Assembly: GCA_051362555.1 (NCBI GenBank)
Contig: CM120648.1
Location: 17,046,587-17,110,586 of the forward strand
Reading direction: 5' to 3'
DNA: 64,000 nt
From: Lingula anatina
Lineage: Eukaryota; Animalia; Brachiopoda
Shown here: positions 22,707-35,731 of the stretch, piece by piece
How the letters are laid out: every line of letters starts with the position of its first letter
Position numbering within the stretch: position 1 is the first letter of the stretch
The notes under the pieces: generated by a model
What the model saw: only the letters and a program-made list of their open reading frames with translations
The model's database searches: none
Told to the model about the DNA's origin: nothing
Translations under genes and position numbers: made by a program

Positions 22707-22966
22707 AAACTTGACCTTTAGACCTTTGGCAACAGGTTAAATGACATGTTATGGCATGGAGTATTAATATCACTTATACTTTACCACTTATAATACACTT
22801 ATACTATCACTGTACGAAAGGTAATGATATTGTCTCTAATACTTCACTTATACATGTGTACATTTATAGTTATCACTGAAAAACAGATTGTATGACATAG
22901 TCACTAATACTTTATATAACTTTATATAATTATTCTCTCACTGAGCAACTAGAATCTCTACAACAT

Positions 22967-23231
22967 GGGCCAGTTTTTAAAAGATACCTTTAGTCTAAAA
23001 CCGATTAAGGATTTGTCTGGAATTTAAGTGTACGTGGACCTGGCTTTGTTTTATCACTGATATTAGAAATTACTGATATTATCTGCCTGTACTAGAACAA
23101 GAAACACATTGCTACATATTTTCGTCTAATACATACTTGATTTCAATTTTATGGAATATTATCATCACCAGATTTTTTACTAAAAGTTAAGGCTAATTTT
23201 TGGACTAAAGTCCTCATGTGAAACAAGCCCC
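22967..23231. mobile_element. Old Harbinger-like MITE
   Basis: Diverged TIR GGGCCAGTTTT...CTTTAGTCTAAAA / TTTTGGACTAAAG...GAAACAAGCCCC. Confidence 0.4.
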
Positions 23232-23884
23232 TTGTCATCATTAAGTGGATTGGCTGGCTGTTATAGTATTAAGCTTAAGGTCACGGACGCTGCAAGTCAT
23301 GAGGGAGAGCGCGACATTAAGTACTGAGGACAAACCGAAGTATGTATGGCCTAGTCAGGCTTTAATGATATCCTGGACTGAGCCGGAGTGATTTCTCATG
23401 GGTTGATCAAAACTAACGACAAAAGGTTAATCCAGTGCAAGTTGAAACGCATCCCATCTGCTTGCGTTCTTCTGTAGAGTCAAGGGTGCACGTACTTTGG
23501 AAAGGCCAAACTGGATTGACCTTGGCTTCTGCGGCGTCTTTAATGTTCGGGAATTCAGAGGGTATTTACAGTGTATAAGGGTTGGCTTTGTAGCTATAGC
23601 TGTGTGTTCTCATCATTTTATCTACCTCAGCCATAAGGGCAGAAATTAAGTGGAAATTAAAGGGAGATGATCACCCCTTGTTGCTATTTTTAGGATACAT
23701 GGCCTGCCCACTATTAACAAATGCGCTCCTTACAACCCTATACCTTTTTGTTGTTACCTTTAGTCCCCGAGTGCAGTTTTGCAGCGTTAGAAAGGCAATC
23801 ATCACATACTGCAAATTATTTTAATGTACTTATCCGCCATAAATGTCGCTACGTAGTTTAATAGTTTAGATACAAGGATTTTAT

Positions 23885-24050
23885 GACTGGGTTCCCATGC
23901 CTAGATCGATCTAACAGGATCGATCCATATCCAAGGGGTTTCTCGTTAAATTGCTTTCAGCTTAAGGAGCTTAGATGTCTGGCACGCCCACTGAAGCTGC
24001 GAAAAGATAATTAATTACCCCCCAGCAGCTTCAGTAGGCGTGACAGACAT
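23885..24050 (+). mobile_element. MITE family A-related left arm with internal palindrome
   Basis: GACTGGGTTCCCA..TAGATCGATC terminus and a 26-bp hairpin at 23975-24050. Confidence 0.75.
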
Positions 24051-24684
24051 TGTGATTGCAATTGAATGCCCCCTAAATTGAATTGGCTTTTTTTTAGCAA
24101 CTTTCATGCCCGAAATGCCCATTAAAACAAACCTGGGGTATACATATATCCCCACACGTACAGTATCCGGATTGGTGTACGTACTAGTATAGAAGTGAGT
24201 AGATTTAGAATGGCGTCAACAGGATGTCAACGTCAACAGCAAACTAACCACATGGTTTTACGTCTAAGTATCGACTACATTTTATCTCGTTTTTTTTTAA
24301 ATTAAATTTTTCCTGGAAAACACGATACTTCTTCAACTATCGCCACGGCATACCGGTCCCAGCAAGATGACGATCTTCAAAATCAAACTTGAGTTCTAAA
24401 TTCCCCAATTTGAACAACTATTGTAAAAGAAATGGAGACAGGTAAATTTCACTGGCAACGATAAAGATAGATATATAAAACTAGAAACCGTGTTACACGT
24501 GGAAGATCTCAATTTCCTCCACTGTTTTGGCTACGATGCCCGTTGTTGATAAAGGGAAACTGGTTGGAAATCCCAGGAAATTGACCTATTTTGCAAAATA
24601 AATGTAGAACTCACACTGCTTAGCTGAAATTACTGATGGTCAGGGAAGAAAGCGGGCTGGTCGATATGGCCATGTCATCAATTG

Positions 24685-24987
24685 CAGAAGCAGATTTAGA
24701 GGGAGGGGGGGGTCATGGGGTTCCTGACCCCCCCTGCAATTTCAGAAAACTATGTCACATCAATATTCCCCTCTAGAAATTGGAGATTTTGACTAGCTAA
24801 ATCATAGTTCTAAACCGTACCAAAGGGCAATGTCGGCTCTCCAAAGCACCAAGATTTTTTCGGGGCCCTTGAGCAGGCCCTGAACCCCACATCCAGGTTG
24901 TCTACTTCGTTCCGGAAGTATTAATTTGATAAAGTTCGTTCCGGACACTCCCCCCCCCCCTTCAAATAATCCTGGGATCCGCCCCTG
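24685..24987. mobile_element. hAT-like MITE family E (CAGGGGCGGATC-type TIR)
   Basis: CAGAAGCAGATTTAG / CTGGGATCCGCCCCTG termini; a reverse-complement partial copy at 53467 (CAGGGGCGGATCCAGGATTATTTGAAGGGG). TSD not clear. Confidence 0.6.
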
Positions 24988-25719
24988 AAGTTTTAGTGGT
25001 CGAATGTGAAATGTCTTAGGATAGAACTACATATACATATACATGTACATATACACATACCAATATCAATATCAATAGAACTGTGTGATAGGCAGTGCAA
25101 TCGGAGTTCGCTTGAAATGTTTACAATCCATTACTCCGGACTATAAATAGATTTAAATGAGACTGCACCACGGACGCTACAGTTCAAGTTAATGGCCAGA
25201 TAAAAGGGATGTTATTTTCTTTTTCTTGTCCTGGAAGAATTCCTGTTTGACGTCATTTCGTGGAAAATAAAAGAGAATCAGAAAACGATGCCAAACTGTG
25301 ACCCCAGTGATTGGTATCAAATGCCCCGGATTGTTCAAAGATTGGATAAAACTTTCTCTTTATCAAATTAATACTTCCGCACCCACAAACATCTAAAGAG
25401 AAATTCCAAGAAAGTGGCTTAAATGATGCCAAACAGAAAGGGCACAACACCGCGGCAGTAGAAAAGGGACTTGGAATGCTCCTACTGCACTGCTAGAACA
25501 CGTCTCAGAGATTGTTGTACTAATATAGCATGCTAGCTCAGTGCTTGTTTATCATGTGTGAATGAAGACATAATAAACGTGTGGAGAATGTCAACAGAGT
25601 ACACCCACGTCAAAGAATTGCAATCTGGTTGTTTTCCTATTTTTTCTTACGTGTATTCCATGTTTGCATGCTTTATTTAACATCTAGCAGCTAAGTTCAT
25701 ACAAAACACTCGTCATCAG

Positions 25720-25870
25720 GGCTCTGTAACTCTAAAGCATCGCGAATTGCGACCGTCGAGCGCAAGCGTCTCTTTTCCATAACTCGGGATTTACTCGCCC
25801 CATATAATAGCCTCGAATTAAAATGTGATATCGCTATTCGAGATTCGCGATGCTTTCGAGTTACGGAGCC
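25720..25870 (+). mobile_element. MITE family B copy, CAG TSD
   Basis: CAG|GGCTCTGTAACTCTAAAGCATCGCGAAT ... ATTCGCGATGCTTTCGAGTTACGGAGCC|CAG. Confidence 0.85.
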
Positions 25871-26689
25871 CAGATCCTACGTCATACCCCACACGTGAAA
25901 CGCACTCATGAATTCCTCACACACTTTGGTCTCTCGTACCGTATCTTAATATACGTCACTTTTTATAAAGCGCTGACTCTGAGTCCTGTTATTTAGTCAT
26001 TGCAGGCAACCGACGTGCGTACTCGATGACGTCTGTTATTGTCTTTGTCAAAATGAATACCTTTCATTTGTCTGGCTAGATTTATTGCACGCATTCTTTA
26101 TCAATGTGGTTATATGAAAACTTTGCAACATGGCATTCGTGAGAATCTACGGTGTAGAATGACGCACGGCCTTCCAATATCTTACTGCTACTGTTATAAT
26201 CCTGTTTTAATGAGGCGTTTTGTTCAGTTTTGGACAAAGTCGAACGGAATCGTTATCTGGGACAGCTGAATGTCTGTAATGTTAATATCTCTGGTTGCAA
26301 TTGGTTTCCTATATCAGGCGATAATTAAGATACTATCACACTCCAGCTTACAGCACTTATATATAAGAGAAAATTACCTATACGCAGACAAACACTAGGG
26401 GTTCGTAAGACATACGTCACGTTGGAGAACATGTGTGTTTTGAATAAGCGGAGGGAGATAAAATGTTTTGCGCCCGTTAAAAAAATTAAACGCTATTTGT
26501 ATGCTTATTCTCATACGGTGAAGAAAAAGGCTGACTGAATACGCTAAGAGCTGTGCGTATATAATCAATTTCATATTCAGACAGGGCCTTTACCAAACAT
26601 TGAAATACAGCGACAAGTGGAGAAAATTCAACAGAACGATTCGTACCCAAATTTGTGTTTAAGGGGCCGTTCCCAGACCTTATCGTACT

Positions 26690-26758
26690 AAATGTAGCGA
26701 GAAACCCCTTGGAGATGGGTCGATCCTGTCAGACCGATATGTGTATGGGAACCCAGTC
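26690..26758 (+). mobile_element. MITE family A-related right arm
   Basis: ...GATCCTGTCAGACCGATATGTGTATGGGAACCCAGTC|TAA, an inverted match to 23885-23952. Confidence 0.7.
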
Positions 26759-29700
26759 TAATACAGTTGGCATGCCTCGGTGATTAAGAAAAAAATGTTG
26801 AAAAAAAAAAACATTTTGTATAAATTCTGATACTCATAACGTACCTTGGGCTTGTATCAGTGGCAGCAAGCCTATAGGCAGTTTCATATCTGGCACTCTA
26901 ACACTACGCGTGTACAGATATCACCTAAATACATGTACAAATAGATATAAATTGGTAAGTACTTGTGCTCAAGCGTTTTCTCATCACGTCGTTTTGATCG
27001 ATACGGCTATTATGTAAGGCTGGCACGTAGATGACTGATTCTGTCCAGGAAACTTTGATGTCAGTTTATACGCAGTTTTAAAATATGAAAAGAAAAAAAA
27101 TGCGCATTAAGTGCGGATGATATATTAGTCATTTGCAAAAAGTAGGCAGGAAAAGAAGCTTTAATATACTGGGTACAACTTAAAAACCTGTTTGGGTGCA
27201 CAAAAGGTAAAAAAAAAAAAAAATACCACAAAAACTATAATAAGTGAACGTCAATTGAATTTTGTGTATCTACTCCTTTTGTTTTTCTTCGAGTGTCTCA
27301 TGAAAGTGCTGTGTTTCAGGTATCCATTCATCTTCAAATTGACCGACCGAAATGAAAAGCACGATTTTCTTTAGTGTTTGTTTTTGTCTGGCTTCGTTGT
27401 GCTTTTCCATGGTGGCATTTGTTCCTCCACGGCTTCATGGGTCTTTCTTCTATTCCTGTTTAAATTTGCAAAGCCATTTGAATTTATCTAATTGCCGTTG
27501 CATAACAAAACTGGATCCTGAGACGATCGATGTGTTTAGAAGTGAAAAAAAAAAGTATTCTTCGATCCCTTTGTCTTTCTACAAATACAAGTAGATCTGG
27601 TATATGATATGGCGTAATAACATCAAGGCGTTCGACTTAATAAATCTCAGACGCCGTTGAGACGTGAGAAGTGAGAATTATGATGTATGGAGGCATGGTT
27701 TCTTGCTGTCGTGTTCTAGACGTGATCTTTTGCCTGTGAGAATTGACGGGTAGAAGACATTATAGGGAACTGGAATTGACGCTGTACCTACCCATTCTAA
27801 TTACCATACTTGCATACATATACACCTTGCTCATTTTCAGTCGGCTCTGTTCATTATTAAATAAACACTGGACAACCATGGCAGTTACCTTGCAATGAGC
27901 ACGATTTCACAGTCAAAAAGAAAGCGGTGGTGCATGGTGTTTAAGAGAGAGAGAAAGAGAGAGAGATGAAACGCAGTTGTTATTGATTACACATGCCATT
28001 TTAACTGCTAAACGATTAAAATACCAGTGCAAGACTCGATATTAAATCCGATTTAGATTATGCGACTGGAACCATTATATCGACGAGACATATTGAACCA
28101 AATAGGGTACAATTGCGTCATGGGAAATGATTCAGTTTAGAAGGAATTAAATTAAATAGATACTGTTTATCAAATAACTGTATATTCCTTATATGCAGGC
28201 GCTCAGTGCAATGAATACATTACACAACATACATAAATACAGAATTAAAAAGGGGAAATAAATCCTAGATATTTAATTAATTGTCCATAACTATGTAATC
28301 ATATCCGGCACAAAACTGCTGTGAAAACTACGATTTATATACGATATCCTTTTCAACTAGTAAGTTTCCAATTCATGTGGCACTCACGAAACAGTATCGG
28401 GGGTGAATGTCAACCGTAGTGGTGAAAATTTGATACCTCGGTTTTGTAAATTGACATTTCCAGGTAAATGACATTTTCCCTTATAAAAGCCTCTATGGCC
28501 GCCTTTAATACTATGCTATTAACTGGCATAGAAATGGATCTACGTCATGGCTGTTTCAGGCATTTGTAGCCAAACAGAGAGTTTCTGACCAAGATTGTTT
28601 CATAAATCTCTCCTTTGTAACATTAACAATGTATTACCGCTAATCAGATTTAAGGGGAAAATAATTATTTTCAACGTCCCGTTAACTACGCAATAACCTT
28701 CCATATCAGCAACCGCAGCCAAAGTTAACGAAACGTAATAGGTCTAACTCCAACCAAACGGAATGAACGTTTTAATACGTTTTCTGATATATATTTGATT
28801 AAATGGGGAGATAGACAGCATAAAACGATAACTATATAGACAGTGAGCAATTTGTTAAAAAAAAAAAAACATACCCCGCTGGAAGTCTCCGTGGCGACAG
28901 GCATCAACAGGGACCAACACGGCACCAATACTGAAAAGGCTTGTCAATATCTGGTGAAGCTTTATAAATCCTCGTATCAAATGACGTGTGACTGCGATCA
29001 TCTAGATCTAGGGACGCGATTAATATCCATATTTCACACCGTGTAAGTAACTGCTTGACGTTCTACCCTCACGGAACCGACAACCATTATCAGCGGATGA
29101 TACCACTCTACTGCAGGTGATGATCAGGCGCAATTTACACTCAGTGGTTTTTATCTTACATTAATATCAGAACTTTTTATCCAACATTAATCTGAGCACG
29201 ATGTTACCTTGGCAACTAACATGGCAGCAGTGGACGATACATAACGAGCGGGTTATTAATTTGCTACGAGATGTGGGTTGAAGACGGAGAGGGAGGGTGG
29301 CCGACAGAAAGGGGGGTGATTTGATATCATAAGGTGTCTTTAATATTTATATTGAGTCTTATTTTAGAGCTGGCAATCACATAGAAATCCTTGTTACATA
29401 ATATGTTTATTCTGTGTCAGCCCCCGCAATCGTCTCTTTATTTTGATAACGACGGAGTAATTACAAAATCCAAACACAAAATAAGGTGGCTTTTCACACC
29501 TCATGTTATCTTTGGTGATATTGGAGTTTCCTGCCATTGCATTTTACAGCTAACCTAGGTTCTAGATTCCGGTATTGCCGGCTCAATCTTGATTTCATAT
29601 ACAACCCATAGTAGCAATACTAGTAAAAGCGACTCCACCACAAGGTATATTTAGCAAGCTAGCTTTTACGTTGCTCTCACACTAAGGGTATTTACAGCGA

Positions 29701-29895
29701 GACCTAGTCAACAATTTGTGTGATAACCTGCATGTATTGCGTCAAATCTGAAAATGAAACAGCCATCACTATACCGTCCTACTGTGCTATGCTACCTAGT
29801 ACCTATATAAGAATATCATGCTATTTGTTGCATATAGCTATCCATGATAATACAATGTGTAGACCGGAGGTAGAGGACTGGATAGCCATCCATTT

Positions 29896-30064
29896 CAGGC
29901 CCGTAGCCAGCAATTTCAAAAGGGGGGTTCTTTTTTTGAAAAAAGTGGACATTTTCCCATAAAACCTTCATGTACCTAGAACAAATTTTACCCAGAGTGG
30001 ACCTTTTCCCAGCAAAAGGGGCGGTTCTTTCGAACCCCCCGAACCCCCCCTGGCTACAGGCCTG
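29896..30064 (+). mobile_element. MITE family F, CAG..CTG termini with 5-bp TSD (hAT5-like)
   Basis: CATTT|CAGGCCCGTAGCCAG ... CTGGCTACAGGCCTG|CATTT; partial copies at 30259-30314 and 63747-63882. Confidence 0.8.
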
Positions 30065-30258
30065 CATTTGAACTCTTTGTATGTGGTCATCCATCACGAT
30101 CTTTTCATGTCGATTACTGTGGGAACACTGCATCCACGACTTCAACCCCGAGAAAACACGTGGATCCTGTCACATGGCAATCTGTATGTTATTTACACCT
30201 GGATACACGTGACCGCGTGAAAATCGTGAAAAACACGTGGATGTAAGCACATTAGACT

Positions 30259-30314
30259 CAGGCCCGTAGCCAGCAATTTCAAAGGGGGGGGGGGGTTCTT
30301 TTTCTGAAAAAGTG
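30259..30314 (+). mobile_element. MITE family F partial copy
   Basis: CAGGCCCGTAGCCAGCAATTTCAAAGGGG...GAAAAAGTG, matching the 29896 start. Confidence 0.75.
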
Positions 30315-31929
30315 AACTGAGTTGAGCCCTAAATGACCATCTATCTAGCTAGAGACATATCTGAGAATATCTGTAAAAAAAATCTATCACTCGCCCTGGT
30401 AGAGGGTAGTCGCTGGAGCACAGCACTTGAGGGGTATTTTTAATTTTCTGACGTCACAGTGACTTGTCTTTAGATATTTTTTTCAAATAAATACTCAAAC
30501 AAAGCGCTTTGATTGGAATTGTCGCTCAGGGGGCGATGGTGTAACGTGACAGAGAGTCCCTCATGATAGAAAGTCCGCTTCCCATTCATTGGTACAGGTA
30601 AGTAGAATTTGACACACTCGTGTCAGGCTATCCCTAACCATCATAACTATATGAAGAGCAAACCCTCAGTTTCGTTTCACCGGTCCGGTGGATATGACGT
30701 CACAGACTACCTACCCCATGTGGCTCATTGGATTGAGTGGCGCCACTGGGATCCTAAGGCGTTGTATCTGTCACTGATAAACAATGATTTAAAATAGCAA
30801 ATATAATAAATGGACAAGGCAGCTTTTACCCCATTACCATCCTCAACCAAAACCCTGATCAATCTACCAGTACTCGGTCGACTGTTATGAACCGTTAAAA
30901 CATTGAGCTTCAACCGCAGAGTGATGGCTGTTGGGATCTACATGTTATAGACAGAGCAATGACATGGAGACATTATTCAAAAGTGACAAGGCAGAAAAAG
31001 CTGAGGTTTAGGGTTGAAATATCCCTGTACCGGCTGTCACCCGTATCTAATAAAGCATTTGGAAAGTTTGTGATCAATTTTCAATAAAGATGTGAACTCT
31101 GCTCACCCCTAACGCAACCAATAGATCAATTAATCCATCAATCAATGAAGCAACCAATCAATCACAAAACAGCTTTGTGCCACATTAACTATGTCACAGT
31201 CACGTCAAGAAATACAGTATTCCTCCAATAAAGACAGCATTGTACCAAACAACCTATTTAATAATCACGGCAAGACGCACAGGCATCTACAGCAGGCAGA
31301 CAAAATTCTGTTGAACATTTCCTCCAGGTGACTAGAGGCTGAGCTAATGGGAACAATCACTAATTGTTCCTACACTTAATAGTCAGGGTCATGATTCTGA
31401 GGTCTCTGGATACCTCGAAACTTCATTAGATCTTACATTTATGTATTCATACATTTTAATAAGGTTCCCAGAATGATTGGGAAAAGAAATAGGAAATAAA
31501 ATGTCTTAATTGAACACGTCTATATTAATGCTTGTACTCAACTGGAGGTTGTTTAATCTGGAGAGGAATGGTTACGTAAGAACTGGGAACCGTGCAGATT
31601 GATACACGTGATGTTTTATCAGGGATATGAGCATGCATGCTTCCACGTTGCGAGATCGGACAGAGGTGCGACGCACAATTGCTTGATTAGTTCCTAATTT
31701 GATCAGCAGACAATTGTGTATGACATACGACGTTATGGAAAACGTTCCTGCCATTAGCTAATCTGTTTTCTGTATTCTGTGGCTGATGAGGCATTTGATT
31801 GTACAAGACATACAACACTTTGAGCCTTATCAATAAAATTACCATTTTCTTACGAAAAAAAAAATAAGAAAACAAAAACCAACGTAACTATTAAACGTGT
31901 ATTACGGTCATTCAGATTATTACATCGCA

Positions 31930-32105
31930 CTAGATCGGTCGGGGATTTTTCGCTAAAGTGCAAACAGCGGAATCAACTTAATCAGCACAAGATAGTTAAT
32001 TACCTCATAGCTGCTTGTGGAGGCGTATCAGACAATTAAGCTGATTCCACCGATTGCCCGGGCTTAAGTGAGAATCCCCTGCAGAGTTGGACCGACCCAG
32101 CTAGC
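31930..32105 (+). mobile_element. Old MITE family A-related copy
   Basis: CTAGATCGGTC..GGGATTTTTCGCTAAA..GTTAATTACC..AGCT..AGGCGT..CAGACA..GTGAGAATCCCC, colinear with 10755. Confidence 0.55.
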
Positions 32106-33589
32106 ATGATGTGTTAAACTAAGACACGCTGCTGTACGAAACGATCACACGGTTACTGCAAGAAAACGCAAAACGTCTGTACGTTTCCTACTTCAGATGT
32201 CGAATAAATAAATAAATAAATAAATAAATAAGTAAATAAAGATTAATTAAATGTCGTGGATGCGCGGATTACATTAATAAAGATAAAAAGAAAAAAAGAA
32301 AGGATAATTAAATGTAGATGGATGCATGGATTAAATCATATGTCACTCCAGCAAGGCAATCAATCAAGCTGTATATCATATGGCAGTGAAATAGTCTCGT
32401 CCTAAAAAGAGAACTTCCTTGTAAAAAGTGGCGCTGCACAGCTATGATATGCTCCCTGCAGCCAACCATCCATCATCGTAGACAGATCCAGTCATCAATT
32501 TGGAATTAGTGCGGGTCATTTGAGGAATTTACCAGTCGGGAGGATGGCGATTTTTTTCATAAAATGAAGAAAGACATTAGACAGTTACACCGTACAAATT
32601 GCGGTCGGGTTATGTTCCATTTGTCATGTTTTTTTCTCTTTGTTTCTGGTCTACAACACGAAACACGTCTCCAAAGATAACTTGGCTGTACAAACTACCA
32701 CAACATAAGACTACAAAACAATCTATTTACTTCATCAAATATATACTAGAAAAGTAGCAAAACAAACTTGTACCCCCCCCCCCTCAATACCCAAATTACA
32801 TATAAGTACTATTCTCTAATGCTGCATGGAGATAATGGGTACGAAGACGCGTAATCTCTGACCTTGACCTTACTGTGTGAGAGTGGACAGGAAGTGTTTC
32901 CATAATCAGATTCCACTTGTCAAAGTCCCGTCCACACTTAACCTCTGAACGACACAAAGCTGGCTGCTGTTTTTCAGTGTTGAAATTCTTCACCTCTTTT
33001 CTTGAAAGCACAACTGTCATCTGACTTCTCGAACAAAAAGATGCCATACTATGCGAAACTCAAAGGTGTCTAATTGTACCTCCATCAAAATGTAAGGTTT
33101 GAGGTTTTGTTTTTTCTGTTCTGTTCTATTCTTTTTTTTTCTTTTCAAGCTGTCAATAATGATTGTGCTGGTAATATCTAATGGATGACTTCCGGTGTTT
33201 CTGCACATCACTGAATACTTCAGCCGGCGAGCAACATGCCACTTTAATGAAACCAGAATAAACAAGAGGTTCAGATATTTACTACCTGATGTGATTTACA
33301 AGAAAAGCGTTTATGCCACAATGTAAAAACATCCACAGACGTCCATTTATGTGTGATAGGCACTTCAAACATCACTGCCGATTATTTTTATGGTTTGTGA
33401 AGAGAAAAAAGCACGCAATTCCTGGACGCATCATCTTAAGATATTTCCCTATGGACACACGTAAGAAGAAAACGGTAAATGTCACTGCAGCTCAAGCATA
33501 GCTAAGTTCTTTAACGTTAATGGAGTTCGTGTTATCAGACGGCACTCTGAAAGAGGACAGAGGGGCGACAAGACATGGGTCATGAGTGA

Positions 33590-33597
<8 letters not shown>

Positions 33598-33632
<35 letters not shown>
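33598..33632. repeat. (TA)n microsatellite
   Basis: Seen directly. Confidence 0.95.
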
Positions 33633-33635
<3 letters not shown>

Positions 33636-34380
33636 GCTATATAAATGCATACATATTTTTACACAGACTCCTGCCTTCTCCTACTTTGGTACTGTTGTAT
33701 AGAGAGACCAAGAATTAGCAAATCATTGTCAAATTAACCTGGTGGCTTTCAACGTGTTAAAATACCCCGACAGTAAAAACGAGAAAGACAGTCTCGTGAT
33801 CTAGCAATTCCCCGTACTGTTCCCTTCTGAGGCGACTTGACTTAAACGGTAACCGTATAAACGTTTTCAAGAACTAATTCATTGCGGTAAAACTGGTGGC
33901 AGTAAACCGCACTTACTGTAATTGGTTTTCAAGTAAAGAGATTGTCTGCGAACAGGAAACACGTATGTGAGCATTTGATGTTAGACAATGTACGTAATCC
34001 TTTACGTATATGCAAACAGTGTTAAGCGAATTATCTGACGTTTTCTCTTCCCACAGGGACATCAAACTATTGTTTGTCAACAAAATCAGTGAAATGGGCT
34101 TTAAAAACCTCTTAATGCCTGGTGTTAATCAAGGGGAGGCGGTAAGTACGGAAACGGCGGTAAACTGATGTAAATCAACGGCTGCGAAGAGGGGGGGGGG
34201 GGGGGGGTAGCTTTGATCTCACATCCCCAGGGCTGAATTGCGTCTCCAGTCTTGTGACGTCACAAATAGATTTTGCTTTTATCAGATACTGGGGTATCTG
34301 TGCGTGCGTGTGTACATGTGTGCGCTCGTGAATCCTTGTTAGGTTCAGTTTTTAGTTTTCTAATGAACATCATAACAGGC

Positions 34381-34382
34381 AT

Positions 34383-34424
<42 letters not shown>
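34381..34424. repeat. (ATTT)n microsatellite
   Basis: Seen directly. Confidence 0.95.
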
Positions 34425-34426
<2 letters not shown>

Positions 34427-35731
34427 TGAGTTGAGGTTAAAAGAGGTAAAAATCAGTTAGATAAAACTTGTAAGTTGTCCCTAAAGTAATGTAACTATAG
34501 CGGGGCACCAGCGGAGAGGAGATATCAGACCTTTCTTATCATGATAGGTTTATTCAAAATTATTGCAACGAAAAGGTTGAACTCGAACAGATACTTGACT
34601 TCAAGCAAAAATAAAAAGAAACGATTTACATTAAGATCAAAATTAAGTTCAAAATAAACACGGACCTGTAAAGGAAGTTAAAGAAAACTACATGCAGATG
34701 AGAGTGTTACGGAAACGTTCCATCTTGATTTTTTTGGCAAATTAAAGTTGAATTGGTAACATCTGAGGTCTCTGTAAGATCTGGTGGCTAAAAGATAATT
34801 CAGCTTATCCTTGTTATTCTTGATATTATAGATACTCTTAATGGCGAGGTTAAGTTGAATTACCACTTTACCACTTTACCACTTATTCCGTTATTTGTAG
34901 AAATTTCTGGTAGTTTCTTGTTGATGCTCTTTTACCTTTAACGCGCCATTGAATCTCAGGTCAAATAGCGCACACTGTATTAACTGAAATCGAGGCTGTC
35001 TTGACATCGAGGTCACAGGTCAGGTGGCAGGTCACATGCCGGGTCAGAGGTCAAGCGATTCCATCTGTATCTCACAGCCACAAGCCTGTGCTGGGCGAGG
35101 AAGATACGCACTTTGATTAATGACTCTTTCAACACAGAGTGGCACATTAACAGTGGTAAATGACTTGATCTCCGGGCCCTAGAGAGCGGCAGATTTAGAC
35201 TACAGTGTATTGACCCGCTGATCAAAGGCAATGCCCGACTCTTGGTTAATGTAAGGTCTTATCAAAATGCAAAGGGAAAATGCAGATGTGCAATTATAAC
35301 CATCAATCAGCACATATCCATGCCGTGGTAGATTTGCTGAAATAATCAATCAAATGTAACTTTTTGTTGTTTTATTTAGTTGGACTGTTAACAATGGGTA
35401 GAGACAATGGGGTAATTCCCTCACAAGAATTACTTTGCACAGAAAAAAAATTTATACGTGCCCGGCCATGCTGAATTTAACTTCACTCTTAAAGCCTAGA
35501 TTACATTTAAGCCTAGGTCCCAAGTACGTTTTGGACGCACGGTTTTTTAAGGTTCCTTGCGTCCGGCTAGGACGTAGCTAGATCGCAGGGATGGAAGCAA
35601 GAAGGGCTGTTGATAATGTCGAAAATTTTCTACGTGCTGTTTGCGTCCTCCAAAAGTCGCACGATGGACGTGCTCCTCACGCACGAACTCCCACGTTTTC
35701 CCCAATTTTTGGCCGTAGACCACACGTAGCA

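Noticed and set aside
18618-22773. Poly-Ile and (IY)n ORFs
   Set aside because: Translations of (ATT)n and (TA)n microsatellites.
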